From Cohaesibacteraceae bacterium (GTDB lineage Bacteria > Pseudomonadota > Alphaproteobacteria > Rhizobiales > MH13), in assembly GCA_050043025.1 (NCBI GenBank), contig JBHJIX010000086.1, forward strand, positions 12,323-76,322: 64,000 bases of DNA, written 5' to 3'. How positions within the stretch are numbered: position 1 is the first letter of the stretch; the number at the start of each line of letters is the position of its first letter. Below are positions 23,467 to 34,616 of this stretch, one piece after another. The translations under genes and the position numbers were made by a program. The notes beneath the pieces are model-generated. The model made no database searches. It saw nothing but the letters and a program-made list of their open reading frames with translations, and had not been told where the DNA came from.

Positions 23467-25845
23467 GTGCTGACCGATAGCCGGGCGAACCGAAGAACGC
23501 CATCAGGACAACGAGACAGGAGCACTGCGCCAGTGGCCGAAGCGACCAGCCGAGATGCTCCTCTCGTTGGCGAAGAGCGTCGCTCACGCACCCGTTTCTT
23601 GGCGCCAATCTTCGTCCTGATTTCAATACTGCTGGCCGGTCTGACGTTTGCAGTCCTCACTGGATCAACGTCGATCATTCCAACGCGCGACATCGTCGTC
23701 CAACTGGGTGCGCTGAACGCATTATCGGTCTTCGTTCTGATCGTCCTTATCGGTCTTGAACTGCGTAAAATCGGGCGTGCGCGGCGCGAACGCAGGGCAG
23801 GGGCCCGACTGCACACGCGCATCCTCGCACTCTTCAGCCTGATTGCTGCCGTACCTGCTGTGCTTGTGGCAATGGTCGCAACGGTCACGCTTGATCGTGG
23901 CTTGGATCGATGGTTTTCCGAGCGCACGCAGTCGATGGTCGACTTCTCACTGGTCGTGGCGCGCGCCTAGCTTGATGAGTACCGCCAGGTTCGCAACATC
24001 GAACTGACGGGCATGGCGAGCGAGCTATCACGGTCGAAATCCCTCTATGATTTCGATCCTCAGCGCTTCTCCGAGCATATGTCCAACCTCGCGGCTCTTC
24101 GATCCATTCCATACATGTCGATGGTCGGTGCCGAGGGCGTGGAGATCCTTCGGGCCGACACCCGGTTTTCTGAAGGCTACCGCCAGCCTGACCCGTCCAT
24201 GGTGGCGCTGGTGACCGGTGATGAACCTGTGCTCATCCCGCCGGGAAACACCAACCAGATTGCCGGGCTTATCCGGCTTCCGGAGTTCACCGACACCTAT
24301 CTGTTCATCGCGCGAGCGGTCGATCCGCGTGTTGTCCAGTACCTTTTGGTGACCGAGCAAAACGCCAGCGAATTCCAGGCCCTTCAGGACCGACGGTTCG
24401 GAGTGCAGGTATCGTTCGGTTTCATGTTCCTCGGCCTCGCCCTCATCATGGTTCTTGCCGCCATGTGGATTGCGATCAGCTTCGCCGACCGGCTTGTGTT
24501 GCCGGTTCGTCGTTTGATGCTTGCCGCACAGCAGATCTCCACCGGCAATCTCTACGTCCAGGTGCCAGTGCGTCGGGAGGAGGGCGATCTGGCTGTTCTC
24601 GGGCAGACATTCAATCGGATGACCAACGATTTGCGCTCCCAGCGCAACGAACTGATCGACGCCAAGGACCAGATCGACGGACGCCGTCGCTTCACCGAAG
24701 CAGTTCTCGCGGGCGTCTCCGCCGGCGTAATCGGGATCGATCGCAGCCAGTGCATCACGCTCGTCAATCGCTCGGCGGCAATCTTGTTGGGTACGGACGA
24801 AGACAATTTGCTCGGCAGACCCATTGCTGGGGCGTTGCCGGAGTTTGCAGCGCTGTTTTCATCCGGCATCGACCACCAGGCAGGCCGTAGACCCTCGCGA
24901 GAAGTGCGTATCGAGCGCGGCGGCAGGCAGCGAATTCTCACAGTGAAGCTCACGGTCGAATCAGGTGAAGACGGCGCCATAAGCGGAGCGGTGATGACCT
25001 TTGACGATGTGTCCGATCTGGTCGCCGCGCAGAGGTCGAGCGCCTGGGCCGACATCGCCCGACGTATCGCCCATGAGATCAAAACCCCGCTGACGCCCAT
25101 CCAATTGTCAGCCGAACGACTCAAACGACGTTATGGCCGAAAGCTGACCGAGGATCATGAGGTCTTCGATCAATGCACGGACACAATCATCCGTCAGGTC
25201 GCCGATATCGGTCGGATGGTCGATGAGTTTTCCTCATTTGCCCGCATGCCCAAGCCGGAGTTTGCACCCGGCGATCTTGCAACTGTGATCCGCGACACAG
25301 TTTTCCTGATGGACAACGGATATCCTGACATCCGCATGCATGCGGACCTCCAGTCAGGCGGTCTGCCGCTTTCGCTTGATGAACGACTGATGGGGCAGGT
25401 TTTCACCAATTTGATGAAGAACGCGGCTGAAGGCATTGCCTCGCGGAAGGCGGCCGATCCGGCAGGCGAGGGCGGCGAGGTCCATATCGAGGCGTGGAGC
25501 AATGAAGGAACAACCGTCGTCGAGGTGACCGATGATGGCATCGGCTTCCCGACAAGTGGGCGTGCCCAGCTGCTCGAACCCTACATGACGCCTCGCGAGA
25601 AGGGCACAGGGCTGGGCTTGGCCATCGTTCACCGCATCGTGGAAGACCCTGGCGGCCAGTTGCAATTGCTGGACGGCGATAGCGCGCGCACGCCAATGCC
25701 GGGCGCACTCGTGCGCCTCACTTTTAGGCCGGATGCAGAGCATTCCGGTAACGATACCCAGCGCACACCTGAAAATTCCAATGAAGACTATGACCGACAG
25801 ATCGACCAGCCGGCAGGTACCGGTCTGGGCTGCGAAGGAGCGTAG
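23467..25845 (+). pseudogene. ntrY: sensor histidine kinase NtrY, interrupted by an in-frame TAG at 23968-23970
   Basis: N-terminal multi-TM region (23467-23967), then TAG, then the same frame continues LDEYRQV...; HAMP, PAS, H-box HEIKTPLTPIQLSAERL, N and G boxes. It ends in the TAG at 25843-25845, 2 nt before ntrX. Confidence 0.85.
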
Positions 25846-25847
25846 GC

Positions 25848-27215
25848 GTGAGTGGTGATATTCTTGTCGTCGATGACGACACCGATATCCGCGAACTTGT
25901 GGCAGGTATTCTGGAGGAGGAAGGGTACACCACCCGGCTGGCCGCCCATGCCGATCAGGCGCTGGAAGCGATTGAAGCGCGCCGCCCGAACCTGGTGTTC
26001 CTCGACATCTGGATGCAGGGCAGCCGGCTCGACGGCATGCAACTGCTGGACGTCGTGCGTGGTGCCTATCCCGATCTTCCGGTCGTCATGATTTCAGGTC
26101 ATGGGACCATCGACACGGCCGTGAACGCCATCAAGCTTGGTGCGTTCGACTTCATCGAAAAACCCTTCAAGTCGGACCGGCTCCTGCATGTCGCTATGCG
26201 TGCGCTCGAGACCACGGCGCTCAAACGTGAAATCAACGAGCTGAAGCAAACATCGGGCATAGAGTATGAACTCGTCGGTTCATCAGCCGAGATGAACGCC
26301 TTACGCGGCCAGATCGACAGGCTCGCGCCAGCCAACTCCAGGGTGATGATTCTGGGCCCTTCGGGCAGCGGCAAGGAACTGGTGGCTCGCGCGATTCACA
26401 CCAAATCGCGCCGCGCCAATGGCCCGTTCGTTATCTTGAATGCTGCCAGTATTGCGCCCGAAACGATGGAACTGGAGCTGTTCGGAACCGAGAACGAGCC
26501 AGGCACACCGCGCAAAGTCGGTGCCCTAGAAGAGGCTCACGGAGGAACGCTTTACATCGACGAAGTTTCGGAGATGCCACGCGACACCCAAGCTAAAATC
26601 ATGCGCGTTTTGGTCGATCAGAGCTTTTCGCGTGTCGGCGGATCGACCCGGGTCCAAGTGGATGTGCGTGTTCTGTCATCTTCATCAGTGCCGCTTGAGC
26701 CGCTGATTGAAGCCGAAGCGTTTCGCTCTGATTTGTATCATCGTCTGGCCGTCGTACCGCTGGCCGTCCCATCCTTGGCCGAACGTCGGTCGGATGTGCC
26801 CGAACTTGTCATGTACTTCATGCAGCAGCTTTCCAAAGCAAGCGGCCTGCCGACGCGTCAGATTGCCGATGATGCCATGACCATCCTGCAGACCCATGAT
26901 TGGCCAGGTAATGTGCGCCAGCTTCGCAACAATGTGGAGCGGCTCATGATTCTTGCGCGCGGGGACAATGGTTCTCACGTTACCGCTGACCTGCTTCCGC
27001 CAGACGTTTCCGCGTTGCTGCCAAAAACCACCAGCGCAGGCAGCGAACATCTGATGAATCTGCCGCTTCGGGAGGCAAGGGAGCTGTTTGAGCGCGACTA
27101 CCTCTCCTCACAGATCAATCGATTCAACGGCAACATTTCCAAAACGGCTGAGTTCATCGGAATGGAACGATCGGCGCTTCACCGCAAACTGAAATCGCTT
27201 GGCCTGAACGGCTGA
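25848..27215 (+). CDS. ntrX: response regulator NtrX (AAA+ domain without GAFTGA)
   Basis: Receiver domain, GPSGSGKELVARAIH Walker A, C-terminal HTH. It follows ntrY as in other alphaproteobacteria. Confidence 0.9.
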   Translation: MSGDILVVDDDTDIRELVAGILEEEGYTTRLAAHADQALEAIEARRPNLVFLDIWMQGSRLDGMQLLDVVRGAYPDLPVVMISGHGTIDTAVNAIKLGAFDFIEKPFKSDRLLHVAMRALETTALKREINELKQTSGIEYELVGSSAEMNALRGQIDRLAPANSRVMILGPSGSGKELVARAIHTKSRRANGPFVILNAASIAPETMELELFGTENEPGTPRKVGALEEAHGGTLYIDEVSEMPRDTQAKIMRVLVDQSFSRVGGSTRVQVDVRVLSSSSVPLEPLIEAEAFRSDLYHRLAVVPLAVPSLAERRSDVPELVMYFMQQLSKASGLPTRQIADDAMTILQTHDWPGNVRQLRNNVERLMILARGDNGSHVTADLLPPDVSALLPKTTSAGSEHLMNLPLREARELFERDYLSSQINRFNGNISKTAEFIGMERSALHRKLKSLGLNG

Positions 27216-27301
27216 TCGTCTTATCGCTTGACGTTCATGTTGGGCCGCCTTGCCTCATGGGCTAAGCTGCCTGCGACCAAGCCTTAAGGATTGCCGACCA
27301 T

Positions 27302-28678
27302 ATGCGCGTTGTCATTTGTGGGGCAGGGCAGGTGGGGTTCGGAATTGCCGAACGCCTGTCTCGTGAAAACAATGATGTATCGGTGATCGATACCTCGGCC
27401 CGTCTGGTTCAGGCCATTCGCGATACGCTGGATGTACGCGGCGTTGTCGGTCACGGTTCGCATCCTGACGCGCTTGTCCAGGCCGGCATTGAGCAGGCCG
27501 ACATGATTGTCGCCGTCACGCTTTACGACGAAGTCAACATGATTGCCTGTCAGGTTGCGCACTCGCTCTTTGATGTGCCCACCAAGGTCGCCCGCGTTCG
27601 CGCCCAGAGCTACCTGGAAAAGCGCTACGCTTCGTTGTTCTCGCGCGACAATATGCCGATCGACGTCATTATCTCGCCAGAGATCGAGGTAGGAGAGATG
27701 GTATTGCGCCGTCTCGCTCTACCGGGTGCGCTCGATTCAGCGCGCTTTGCTGATGAGCGCATTTCCGTCGTTGGCGTCTATCTGCGCGAAGACTGTCCGG
27801 TCATCGACACGCCCCTGCGGCAGCTTGCCGGCCTCTTCCCTGAACTCAAGGCGACCGTCGTCGGCATCCTGCGCAATGATCGCATGTTCGTACCGCGGTC
27901 CGACGATGCGATGCTGGCTGGCGATGTGGCCTACTTTGCGGCAGATCGAACGCAAGTCCGCCGGACCCTTGGTATCTTCGGGCGTGAAGAAGCCGAGGCA
28001 AGCCGCGTGGTTATCGCAGGTGGCGGCAATATCGGGCTCTATGTCGCTCAGGCGCTGGAAACCCGGCAAAGCCGCACGAAGGTCAAGATCATCGAAGAGC
28101 ACCGCGAGCGAGCGGTTGCCATCGCTGATGACCTCCAGCGCACGGTCATTTTGCATGGCAGTGCGCTTAGCCAGGACATCCTGAACGAAAGTGACATCGC
28201 ACAGACTGACACGCTCGTGGCGCTCACCACCGATGACCAGCACAACATTCTTTCTTGCGTGATGGCAAAGCGCCTGGGCGTGCGCCAAAATCTAGCGCTG
28301 ATCAACAACACGTCTTATCCACCGCTGGCCCAGTCGCTGGGTATCGATGCCTATGTGAACCCGCGACAGGTCACCATCTCACGCGTGCTTCAGCACGTGC
28401 GCAAGGGCCGGATTCGGCAGGTGCATTCCCTTCACGATGGTGCAGCGGAGGTCATCGAAGCGGAGGCACTCGATACGTCGCCGCTGGTCGGACAGCAACT
28501 GCGCGATCTGGACCTTCCCGATGGTCTACGAATTGGCGCAATCCTGCGTGGCTCGGAGGTCTACATGCCCGATGGCGACACCACCGTTCGCCCCGGTGAT
28601 CGCGTGGTAATGTTCTCTCTGGCCGGACAAGTGAAACGTGTGGAGCAGCTCTTCCGCGTCTCGCTCGAGTTCTTCTAA
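27302..28678 (+). CDS. trkA: Trk system potassium uptake protein TrkA
   Basis: Two RCK/KTN NAD-binding repeats (MRVVICGAGQVG..., VVIAGGGNIG...). Confidence 0.9.
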   Translation: MRVVICGAGQVGFGIAERLSRENNDVSVIDTSARLVQAIRDTLDVRGVVGHGSHPDALVQAGIEQADMIVAVTLYDEVNMIACQVAHSLFDVPTKVARVRAQSYLEKRYASLFSRDNMPIDVIISPEIEVGEMVLRRLALPGALDSARFADERISVVGVYLREDCPVIDTPLRQLAGLFPELKATVVGILRNDRMFVPRSDDAMLAGDVAYFAADRTQVRRTLGIFGREEAEASRVVIAGGGNIGLYVAQALETRQSRTKVKIIEEHRERAVAIADDLQRTVILHGSALSQDILNESDIAQTDTLVALTTDDQHNILSCVMAKRLGVRQNLALINNTSYPPLAQSLGIDAYVNPRQVTISRVLQHVRKGRIRQVHSLHDGAAEVIEAEALDTSPLVGQQLRDLDLPDGLRIGAILRGSEVYMPDGDTTVRPGDRVVMFSLAGQVKRVEQLFRVSLEFF

Positions 28679-28700
28679 GGTCGACGGGCGGGCAGGGGAC

Positions 28701-30143
28701 ATGCTGGTAGGGCTGCGCGCGCTGGCAGGCATCGCCTTCGTCTTCGCTTGCGCGATGTTGGTCTGCGCTGGCCTTGCTTTGGGCGCCAATGACGACGATG
28801 GCCTGTCAGTTTTCGGTGGCTTGTCGCTCATCCTCTTGTTCTTTGCGATCAGCATCCGACTGGCCTTTGCCGGACGTCGTGCCCCGCTGACCCGACCGCT
28901 CAGCTTTCGCATTTTGATTCTGGCTTGGCTTATTGCTCCAGCTTTGGCGATGCCGCCTTTTCTTTTTTTGACGGACCTGAACTTTCATCAGGCGGTTTTT
29001 GAGGCCGCCTCGGCTGTCACGACCACGGGTGCGACGGCCTTATTGAATCTCGATCAGGTGTCCAAACCCGTTCTTGGCTGGCGTGCCTGGCTGCAATGGT
29101 TGGGCGGCCTTGGAACACTGATGTCGATCATTGTGGTGCTGGCACCATCGGGGGCAGGTGGGACGCCATTGCTGCGCCTCGGCGGCGATAGCCGACAGAT
29201 CATGCAGAATCGCCTTCGGGGGGTGCTTGCCGCCTATGTTGGGGTGACGCTCGCATGTTTCGCCTTGCTTCTGGCGGCCGGTCTTCCAGTTTTTGACGCC
29301 TTTGCGCTTACGCTATCCACCGTTTCGACCGGCGGCATGATGCCGCGATCAGGCAGCCTGAGCGACTATGGCGTTCCGCTTGCCGAGTGGGTGATCGGCG
29401 TCTTCATGCTTCTTGGGGCCACCAGCATCATGTGGCACCGCATCGTCACAACCGGCAGGTTGGGGCGCTCGGTTACGCTTGTTGAGAGCGGGTCGCTTGC
29501 CATCATCGCGCTCGCGCTTGCTGTCGCTTACTCGATTGCTTTTGCCTATGCGGCAGGATCAGGAACCGTTCTGGCGCCTATCACAGCGCTACGCGAAGGG
29601 TTCGTAACGGCGGTCTCACTGGTAACGACCACGGGGTTCGAGGCCCGCAACGCCGGTGCAACGGCTCTGCCACTGAGCCTTACTCTCCTAATGATTCTGA
29701 TCGGTGGTGGCATGTTCTCAACCGCCGGCGGTCTGAAGCTCTACAGGCTGGTCCTCATGGCCCGCCATAGTGCGACAGAGCTGGAAAACATCATCTATCC
29801 CCACGCCGTACATACCGATCAGATAGGCCGTTTTTCTTACAGCGCCGAAGCGATGCGCGCGGTCTGGACAGCCCTTGTTTTGTTTCTCCTTGTTTGGGGG
29901 GTAACCGCACTTGTGCTGGCATGGTCAGGGTTGCCGCCTGACGCTTCGCTGGTCGCGGCACTTAGTGCCATCACCAACGCCGGTCCGGTCTATCAGTTCG
30001 GTTGGGCGCCATCGGCCTTCTGGCCGCTCTATGGCGAGATGACTGCGCTATCAACCTATGCTCTCAGCGTTGCTATGGTGGCTGGCCGCCTGGAGGTCAT
30101 AGGTCTGGTGGCCGGCTTTAGCCTGTTGTTTTTCAAGCGTTAG
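28701..30143 (+). CDS. trkH: TrkH-family potassium transporter membrane subunit
   Basis: Polytopic membrane protein with repeated pore-loop-like segments (VTTTGA, LSTVSTGGM, LVTTTGF, FSTAGGL). Start chosen at the Met at 28701. Confidence 0.8.
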   Translation: MLVGLRALAGIAFVFACAMLVCAGLALGANDDDGLSVFGGLSLILLFFAISIRLAFAGRRAPLTRPLSFRILILAWLIAPALAMPPFLFLTDLNFHQAVFEAASAVTTTGATALLNLDQVSKPVLGWRAWLQWLGGLGTLMSIIVVLAPSGAGGTPLLRLGGDSRQIMQNRLRGVLAAYVGVTLACFALLLAAGLPVFDAFALTLSTVSTGGMMPRSGSLSDYGVPLAEWVIGVFMLLGATSIMWHRIVTTGRLGRSVTLVESGSLAIIALALAVAYSIAFAYAAGSGTVLAPITALREGFVTAVSLVTTTGFEARNAGATALPLSLTLLMILIGGGMFSTAGGLKLYRLVLMARHSATELENIIYPHAVHTDQIGRFSYSAEAMRAVWTALVLFLLVWGVTALVLAWSGLPPDASLVAALSAITNAGPVYQFGWAPSAFWPLYGEMTALSTYALSVAMVAGRLEVIGLVAGFSLLFFKR

Positions 30144-30263
30144 CTTGAATTTTTCCTCGACGCGCAATCATCCTTTGGAGATTGAAAGAGGCGTGCTAGC
30201 GTGACATTTCGGTGTCGCCTGCCGGCACCTTGTTGCGGCCAATAATCAGACCAGGGGGGAACC

Positions 30264-30518
30264 ATGGCACCAGAACGGACACAAAATCTACAAGATGCTT
30301 TCCTAAATCATGTGCGCAAGCAGAAAGCATCGCTGACCATCTTTTTGGTCAATGGCGTCAAGCTTCAGGGCATTGTCACCTGGTTCGATAATTTCTGCAT
30401 TCTCCTTCGTCGTGATGGCCATTCCCAGCTTGTGTATAAGCATGCCATCTCAACGATCATGCCGGCGCAGCCGGTTCAGCTTTTTGATCCGACCGATGAG
30501 CAAAGGCCGGAAACCTAG
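30264..30518 (+). CDS. hfq: RNA chaperone Hfq
   Basis: [57 protein letters not shown]. Confidence 0.97.
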   Translation: MAPERTQNLQDAFLNHVRKQKASLTIFLVNGVKLQGIVTWFDNFCILLRRDGHSQLVYKHAISTIMPAQPVQLFDPTDEQRPET

Positions 30519-30529
30519 GACGATCACGC

Positions 30530-31951
30530 TTGGCCAAAGGACAGAACGGGCAGACCGACAAACCGGCCGGCAAACCACGCTTTCAAATTGAAGACACGCG
30601 CGCTCGTGCAACCCGCACAGCGCTTATCGTTCCCGATGTTCAAAGCCGGGCAGGGCGTTCAAACACCGGCAACGCGCCATTGCTTGGTGTGGAGCCGCGG
30701 TCGCTTGATGCACGCGCGCAAGAGGCTACCGGCCTAGCTGCTGCCATCAGTTTGGACGTTGTCTTCACCGAAGCGCTTACGGTTGCAAATCCTCGTCCAG
30801 CAACCCTTCTAGGATCTGGAAAGGTGGAGAGCCTGGCCATACGGTTCCATGACGAGGCAGTGGAACTCGTCATCGTCGATCATGAACTCACGCCAATTCA
30901 GCAGCGCAATCTGGAGCGTGCCTTCAAGGCCAAAGTTCTCGACCGTACGGGCCTGATTCTTGAGATCTTTGGCCGTCGGGCACAGACCCGAGAGGGCGTG
31001 CTTCAGGTCGATCTAGCCCATCTCACTTACCAGAAGAGCCGCCTGGTTCGCTCCTGGACCCACCTTGAGCGTCAGCGCGGTGGCAAGGGCTTCCTGGGCG
31101 GCCCCGGTGAAACCCAGATCGAGGCCGATCGCCGCGTCATTCAGGACAAGATCACGCGTCTCAAGGGTCAGTTGGATGAGGTGCGCCGCACCCGGACACT
31201 TCACCGTTCGCGCCGCAAAAGTGTGCCCGCCCCGACCATTGCTCTTGTTGGTTACACAAACGCCGGAAAGTCCACGCTTTTCAATCGCTTGACTGAAAGT
31301 GCAGTAAAGGCCGAGGACCTGCTGTTTGCCACACTGGACCCGACTTTGCGTCGCGTGCGTCTGCCCAAGGGCACCGAAGTCATCCTCTCAGACACCGTTG
31401 GGTTCATTTCAAACCTTCCCACGGCCCTTATCGCAGCCTTCCGCGCAACGCTGGAGGAAGTGCTGGAGGCCGATCTGATCGTCCATGTCCGCGACATCAC
31501 CAATCCCGATACCGAGGCGCAGCGCCAGGACGTCCTTGACGTTCTTGATCAGTTAGGGATTGTCGATCGCGACGGCAGCGGCGACCGACCTATTCTTGAG
31601 GCCTGGAACAAGGTCGACCGTCTTGACGGCGACCGGCGGCTGCTCGTCGAACGACAGGCTTCGACAACCGGTCCGTCAGTGATGCCGGTATCCGCGGTCA
31701 GCGGCGATGGTCTTCAGGCGTTGCTCGAGGCAATGGAAACCTCCATCGCATCAACACGCGAAAAGGCCGTCTTCGATCTGCGCCCAGAAGACGGTGAGGG
31801 CAGGGCTTGGCTGTTTGCCAACGCAACAGTGCTAGACGAAGAGGTCAGCGAGAACGGTCATATACGGGTCGAAGTCGCGATGACGCCACGTCGCATGGCC
31901 CATGCGCGCGAACGTTTCTCGCCGATGGGGGCGTCAGCCGACCCGATTTAA
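30530..31951 (+). CDS. hflX: GTPase HflX
   Basis: HflX N-domain, then GYTNAGKSTLFN (G1), DTVGFI (G3), NKVD (G4). Confidence 0.92.
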   Translation: MAKGQNGQTDKPAGKPRFQIEDTRARATRTALIVPDVQSRAGRSNTGNAPLLGVEPRSLDARAQEATGLAAAISLDVVFTEALTVANPRPATLLGSGKVESLAIRFHDEAVELVIVDHELTPIQQRNLERAFKAKVLDRTGLILEIFGRRAQTREGVLQVDLAHLTYQKSRLVRSWTHLERQRGGKGFLGGPGETQIEADRRVIQDKITRLKGQLDEVRRTRTLHRSRRKSVPAPTIALVGYTNAGKSTLFNRLTESAVKAEDLLFATLDPTLRRVRLPKGTEVILSDTVGFISNLPTALIAAFRATLEEVLEADLIVHVRDITNPDTEAQRQDVLDVLDQLGIVDRDGSGDRPILEAWNKVDRLDGDRRLLVERQASTTGPSVMPVSAVSGDGLQALLEAMETSIASTREKAVFDLRPEDGEGRAWLFANATVLDEEVSENGHIRVEVAMTPRRMAHARERFSPMGASADPI

Positions 31952-32859
31952 ACAGGGTTGGCCAGCGCCTTCTTTGCTTCACGCCAAGCCGCTTCCATTT
32001 CTTCCAAGGACGCTTGACCCACCGGACGAGTTCGTTCACTCAAAAGCTCTTCAACCATCTGAAAACGCTTGATAAAGGTCGAATTTGTGCGCTCGAGCGC
32101 AACGGCCGGATCGAGATCGAGTTTGCGCGCCAGATTGACCAACACGAACATCAGGTCACCGATCTCAGCCTCCAATCGATCGCGATCACGCTCCGATGCC
32201 GCCAGCTCTTCGGCAATCTCTTCAGTTTCCTCGCGCACTTTCGCCATCACCGCTTCGGGATCGGGCCAGTCAAATCCAACCCGCGCGGCTTTTGCCTGGA
32301 GTTTGTAGGCCCGCTGCAACGGGGGCAGGGCGCCAGGCACCCCGTCCAAGGCACTGGGAGCTTGCTCCTCCACATGGCCCCGCGCCTCTCTGCGCGCGCG
32401 CCGATCTGCCTTTTCTTGAACCTTTATCTCTTCCCAGCGAACTTTCACCGCCACCGGGTCATCGCGATCGACATCCTCAAAAACATGGGGGTGCCGCCGG
32501 ATCATCTTTGCGATAATCGCACTTACGACGTCGCCGAATTGAAAGCTGCCTTCCTCGTCGGCCATCTGGGTGTGAAAGACGACCTGAAGCAGCAGATCGC
32601 CCAACTCATCGCACAGATCGTCGCGGTCGCCATTATGGATCGCGTCGGCGACCGCGTAGGCTTCCTCGATGGTGTAGGGCGCGATGCTGGCGAAATCCTG
32701 CTCGACATCCCACGGACAGCCAGTCGCCGGGTCGCGTAACTTGGCCATGATGGCCAGCAGCGTCTCAATCCGGTCTTTGGGGCCATCCCAGCTTTCTGGG
32801 CTGTCCTGGCACTTTTCGTTTGCTTGTTCGATCGACAGGTTCGATGCGTGCTCAGCCAT
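31948..32859 (-). CDS. mazG: nucleoside triphosphate pyrophosphohydrolase MazG
   Basis: Tandem MazG domains (CPWDVEQDFASIAPYTIEEAYAVADAI..., EE.GDLLLQVVFH..., EELGDLMFVLVNLAR). Confidence 0.88.
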   Translation of the reverse strand: MAEHASNLSIEQANEKCQDSPESWDGPKDRIETLLAIMAKLRDPATGCPWDVEQDFASIAPYTIEEAYAVADAIHNGDRDDLCDELGDLLLQVVFHTQMADEEGSFQFGDVVSAIIAKMIRRHPHVFEDVDRDDPVAVKVRWEEIKVQEKADRRARREARGHVEEQAPSALDGVPGALPPLQRAYKLQAKAARVGFDWPDPEAVMAKVREETEEIAEELAASERDRDRLEAEIGDLMFVLVNLARKLDLDPAVALERTNSTFIKRFQMVEELLSERTRPVGQASLEEMEAAWREAKKALANPV

Positions 32860-33011
32860 GGCTACCTCGTTGCCGCTCACCAACGACCATAGATGTTCGC
32901 GGGCCAAGATGAAGGGGAGCAGCCTTGATTGGGCTAAGCCACCCACATGTGTTTTTTGATATTTTTCCGATAAGATATATTATGGAACATAAAATATGGC
33001 CGACAACGACA

Positions 33012-33824
33012 TCAACCCACCGATATGCTTAGCCCGTCATAGGCTGGCTCAATCTGGCTGGGCGTTTCGCCGTTCAGCGTTTCATAGTCCAGATCGATAT
33101 GAAGGTTTGTCAGGACCGTACGCGCGGGCTTCGCACTTTCATGGAATGCCAGCGCCTGTTCGACGTTGAAGTGGCTGCCATGGGGCCGGTAGCGGAGCGC
33201 ATCCAGGATGAGCGTTTTCAATCCTTCAAAGTGCACAAGACTGGATTGCGGCACATTACTGACATCAGGCAGGTAAAGCGCATCGCCAATGCGGAACCCG
33301 AGCGCGGTGATATCCCCGTGCGTGACGGGCACAGGCTTGATGATGATTTCGCCACCCGGACCGTCAACGATCACATCCTCGCGGTGATTGATTGTTTGTC
33401 GATCAAGAATGGGCGGATAGCTCGATCCATTGGGTGTCTCAAAGACATATCCGAAGGCTGATCTGGCGCGGTCGAAAGTGCGATCGTCCATGAAGACGCG
33501 GATGCGCGAGCGTTGTGTTAGAGCATACGGGCGCAGATCATCAATGCCGTGCAGATGGTCGGCATGCTCATGCGTGTAGACGACGGCATCGATGTGCGAC
33601 ACGTCGGCCTCGAGCATTTGCTCGCGAAAGTCGGGGCCGGAATCGATCACGCAATAGGTTGATCCGCCGGGTCCTCGCCTTTCGAGGAGTACCGAACAAC
33701 GACGGCGTCGATTCTTCGGGTTGGCCGGGTCGCAATTGCCCCAGCGATCCTTTTGGGACGAGCCCCCTACCCGCGGAACGCCACCTGAGGACGCGCAACC
33801 CAGGATCGTCAGCGTAAGCGTCAC
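33012..33824 (-). CDS. MBL-fold metallo-hydrolase (PhnP/GPDQ-like)
   Basis: HEHADHLHGIDDL metal motif. Conserved neighbour of tatD-metG. Confidence 0.75.
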   Translation of the reverse strand: MTLTLTILGCASSGGVPRVGGSSQKDRWGNCDPANPKNRRRRCSVLLERRGPGGSTYCVIDSGPDFREQMLEADVSHIDAVVYTHEHADHLHGIDDLRPYALTQRSRIRVFMDDRTFDRARSAFGYVFETPNGSSYPPILDRQTINHREDVIVDGPGGEIIIKPVPVTHGDITALGFRIGDALYLPDVSNVPQSSLVHFEGLKTLILDALRYRPHGSHFNVEQALAFHESAKPARTVLTNLHIDLDYETLNGETPSQIEPAYDGLSISVG

Positions 33825-34603
33825 GAGAGCTTCACCTTGTTGAAAAGGCGCTGGAAATTAGACGTTGTGATATCAGCGATCTCATTGCTTTCAAGCCCGC
33901 GAACGTCGGCCAGCACATTGGCCGTATTCGTCACATAGGCCGGTTCGTTGCGCTTCCCGCGATACGGCACCGGTGCAAGGTAAGGCGCGTCGGTTTCCAC
34001 CAACAAACGATCCTCGGGAACCTTGGCGGCCACATCGCGTAAGGCCGCCGCCGTCTTGAAGGTAAGAATGCCAGAGAACGAAACGTAGGCGCCGAGCGCC
34101 ACGCCACGCTTGGCCAGGTCCTCGCCGGATGAGAAACAATGCAGGACCATCGGGAACGGTCCATCAGTTTCGTGCGCTTCTTCCAGGATACTGGCCATAT
34201 CGTCGTCGGCCGACCGGGCATGGATGACAAGCGGCAGCCCCGTGATGCGCGCTGCCTTGATATGCCGCTTCAGCCCTTCCGCTTGAGCATCGCGTGGCGC
34301 GTTGTCATAGTGATAGTCTAGCCCGGCCTCTCCTATCGCGACCACCTTTGGATGGTCCGATAGCCGAACCAGATCTTCCACCTGAATATCGAGTTCTTGA
34401 TCGGCATTGTGTGGATGCGTGCCCACAGAGCAGGTGACCTGCGGATAGTGCTCTGCGATGGCCTTGATCACATCAAACTGGTGTACCCGCGTGTTGATGG
34501 TGACCATGTGGCCGACACCAAGCTCCCCTGCCCGCACGACAATGGCATCGCGTTCCTCGTCAAAGTCGGGAAAGTCTAAGTGGCAATGGCTGTCGACAAG
34601 CAT
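33821..34603 (-). CDS. tatD: TatD-family metal-dependent hydrolase/DNase
   Basis: MLVDSHCHLDFPDF..., IGEAGLDYHY, VIHARSADDD, LHCFSSG, LLVETDAPYL. Start at the Met at 34603. Confidence 0.88.
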   Translation of the reverse strand: MLVDSHCHLDFPDFDEERDAIVVRAGELGVGHMVTINTRVHQFDVIKAIAEHYPQVTCSVGTHPHNADQELDIQVEDLVRLSDHPKVVAIGEAGLDYHYDNAPRDAQAEGLKRHIKAARITGLPLVIHARSADDDMASILEEAHETDGPFPMVLHCFSSGEDLAKRGVALGAYVSFSGILTFKTAAALRDVAAKVPEDRLLVETDAPYLAPVPYRGKRNEPAYVTNTANVLADVRGLESNEIADITTSNFQRLFNKVKLS

Positions 34604-34616
34604 TCCGCGCAGACCT

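Noticed and set aside
31948-31951. hflX and mazG convergent genes share overlapping stop codons (tTTAAa).
   Set aside because: This is a trivial consequence of the palindromic TTAA. It carries no regulatory implication beyond tight packing.
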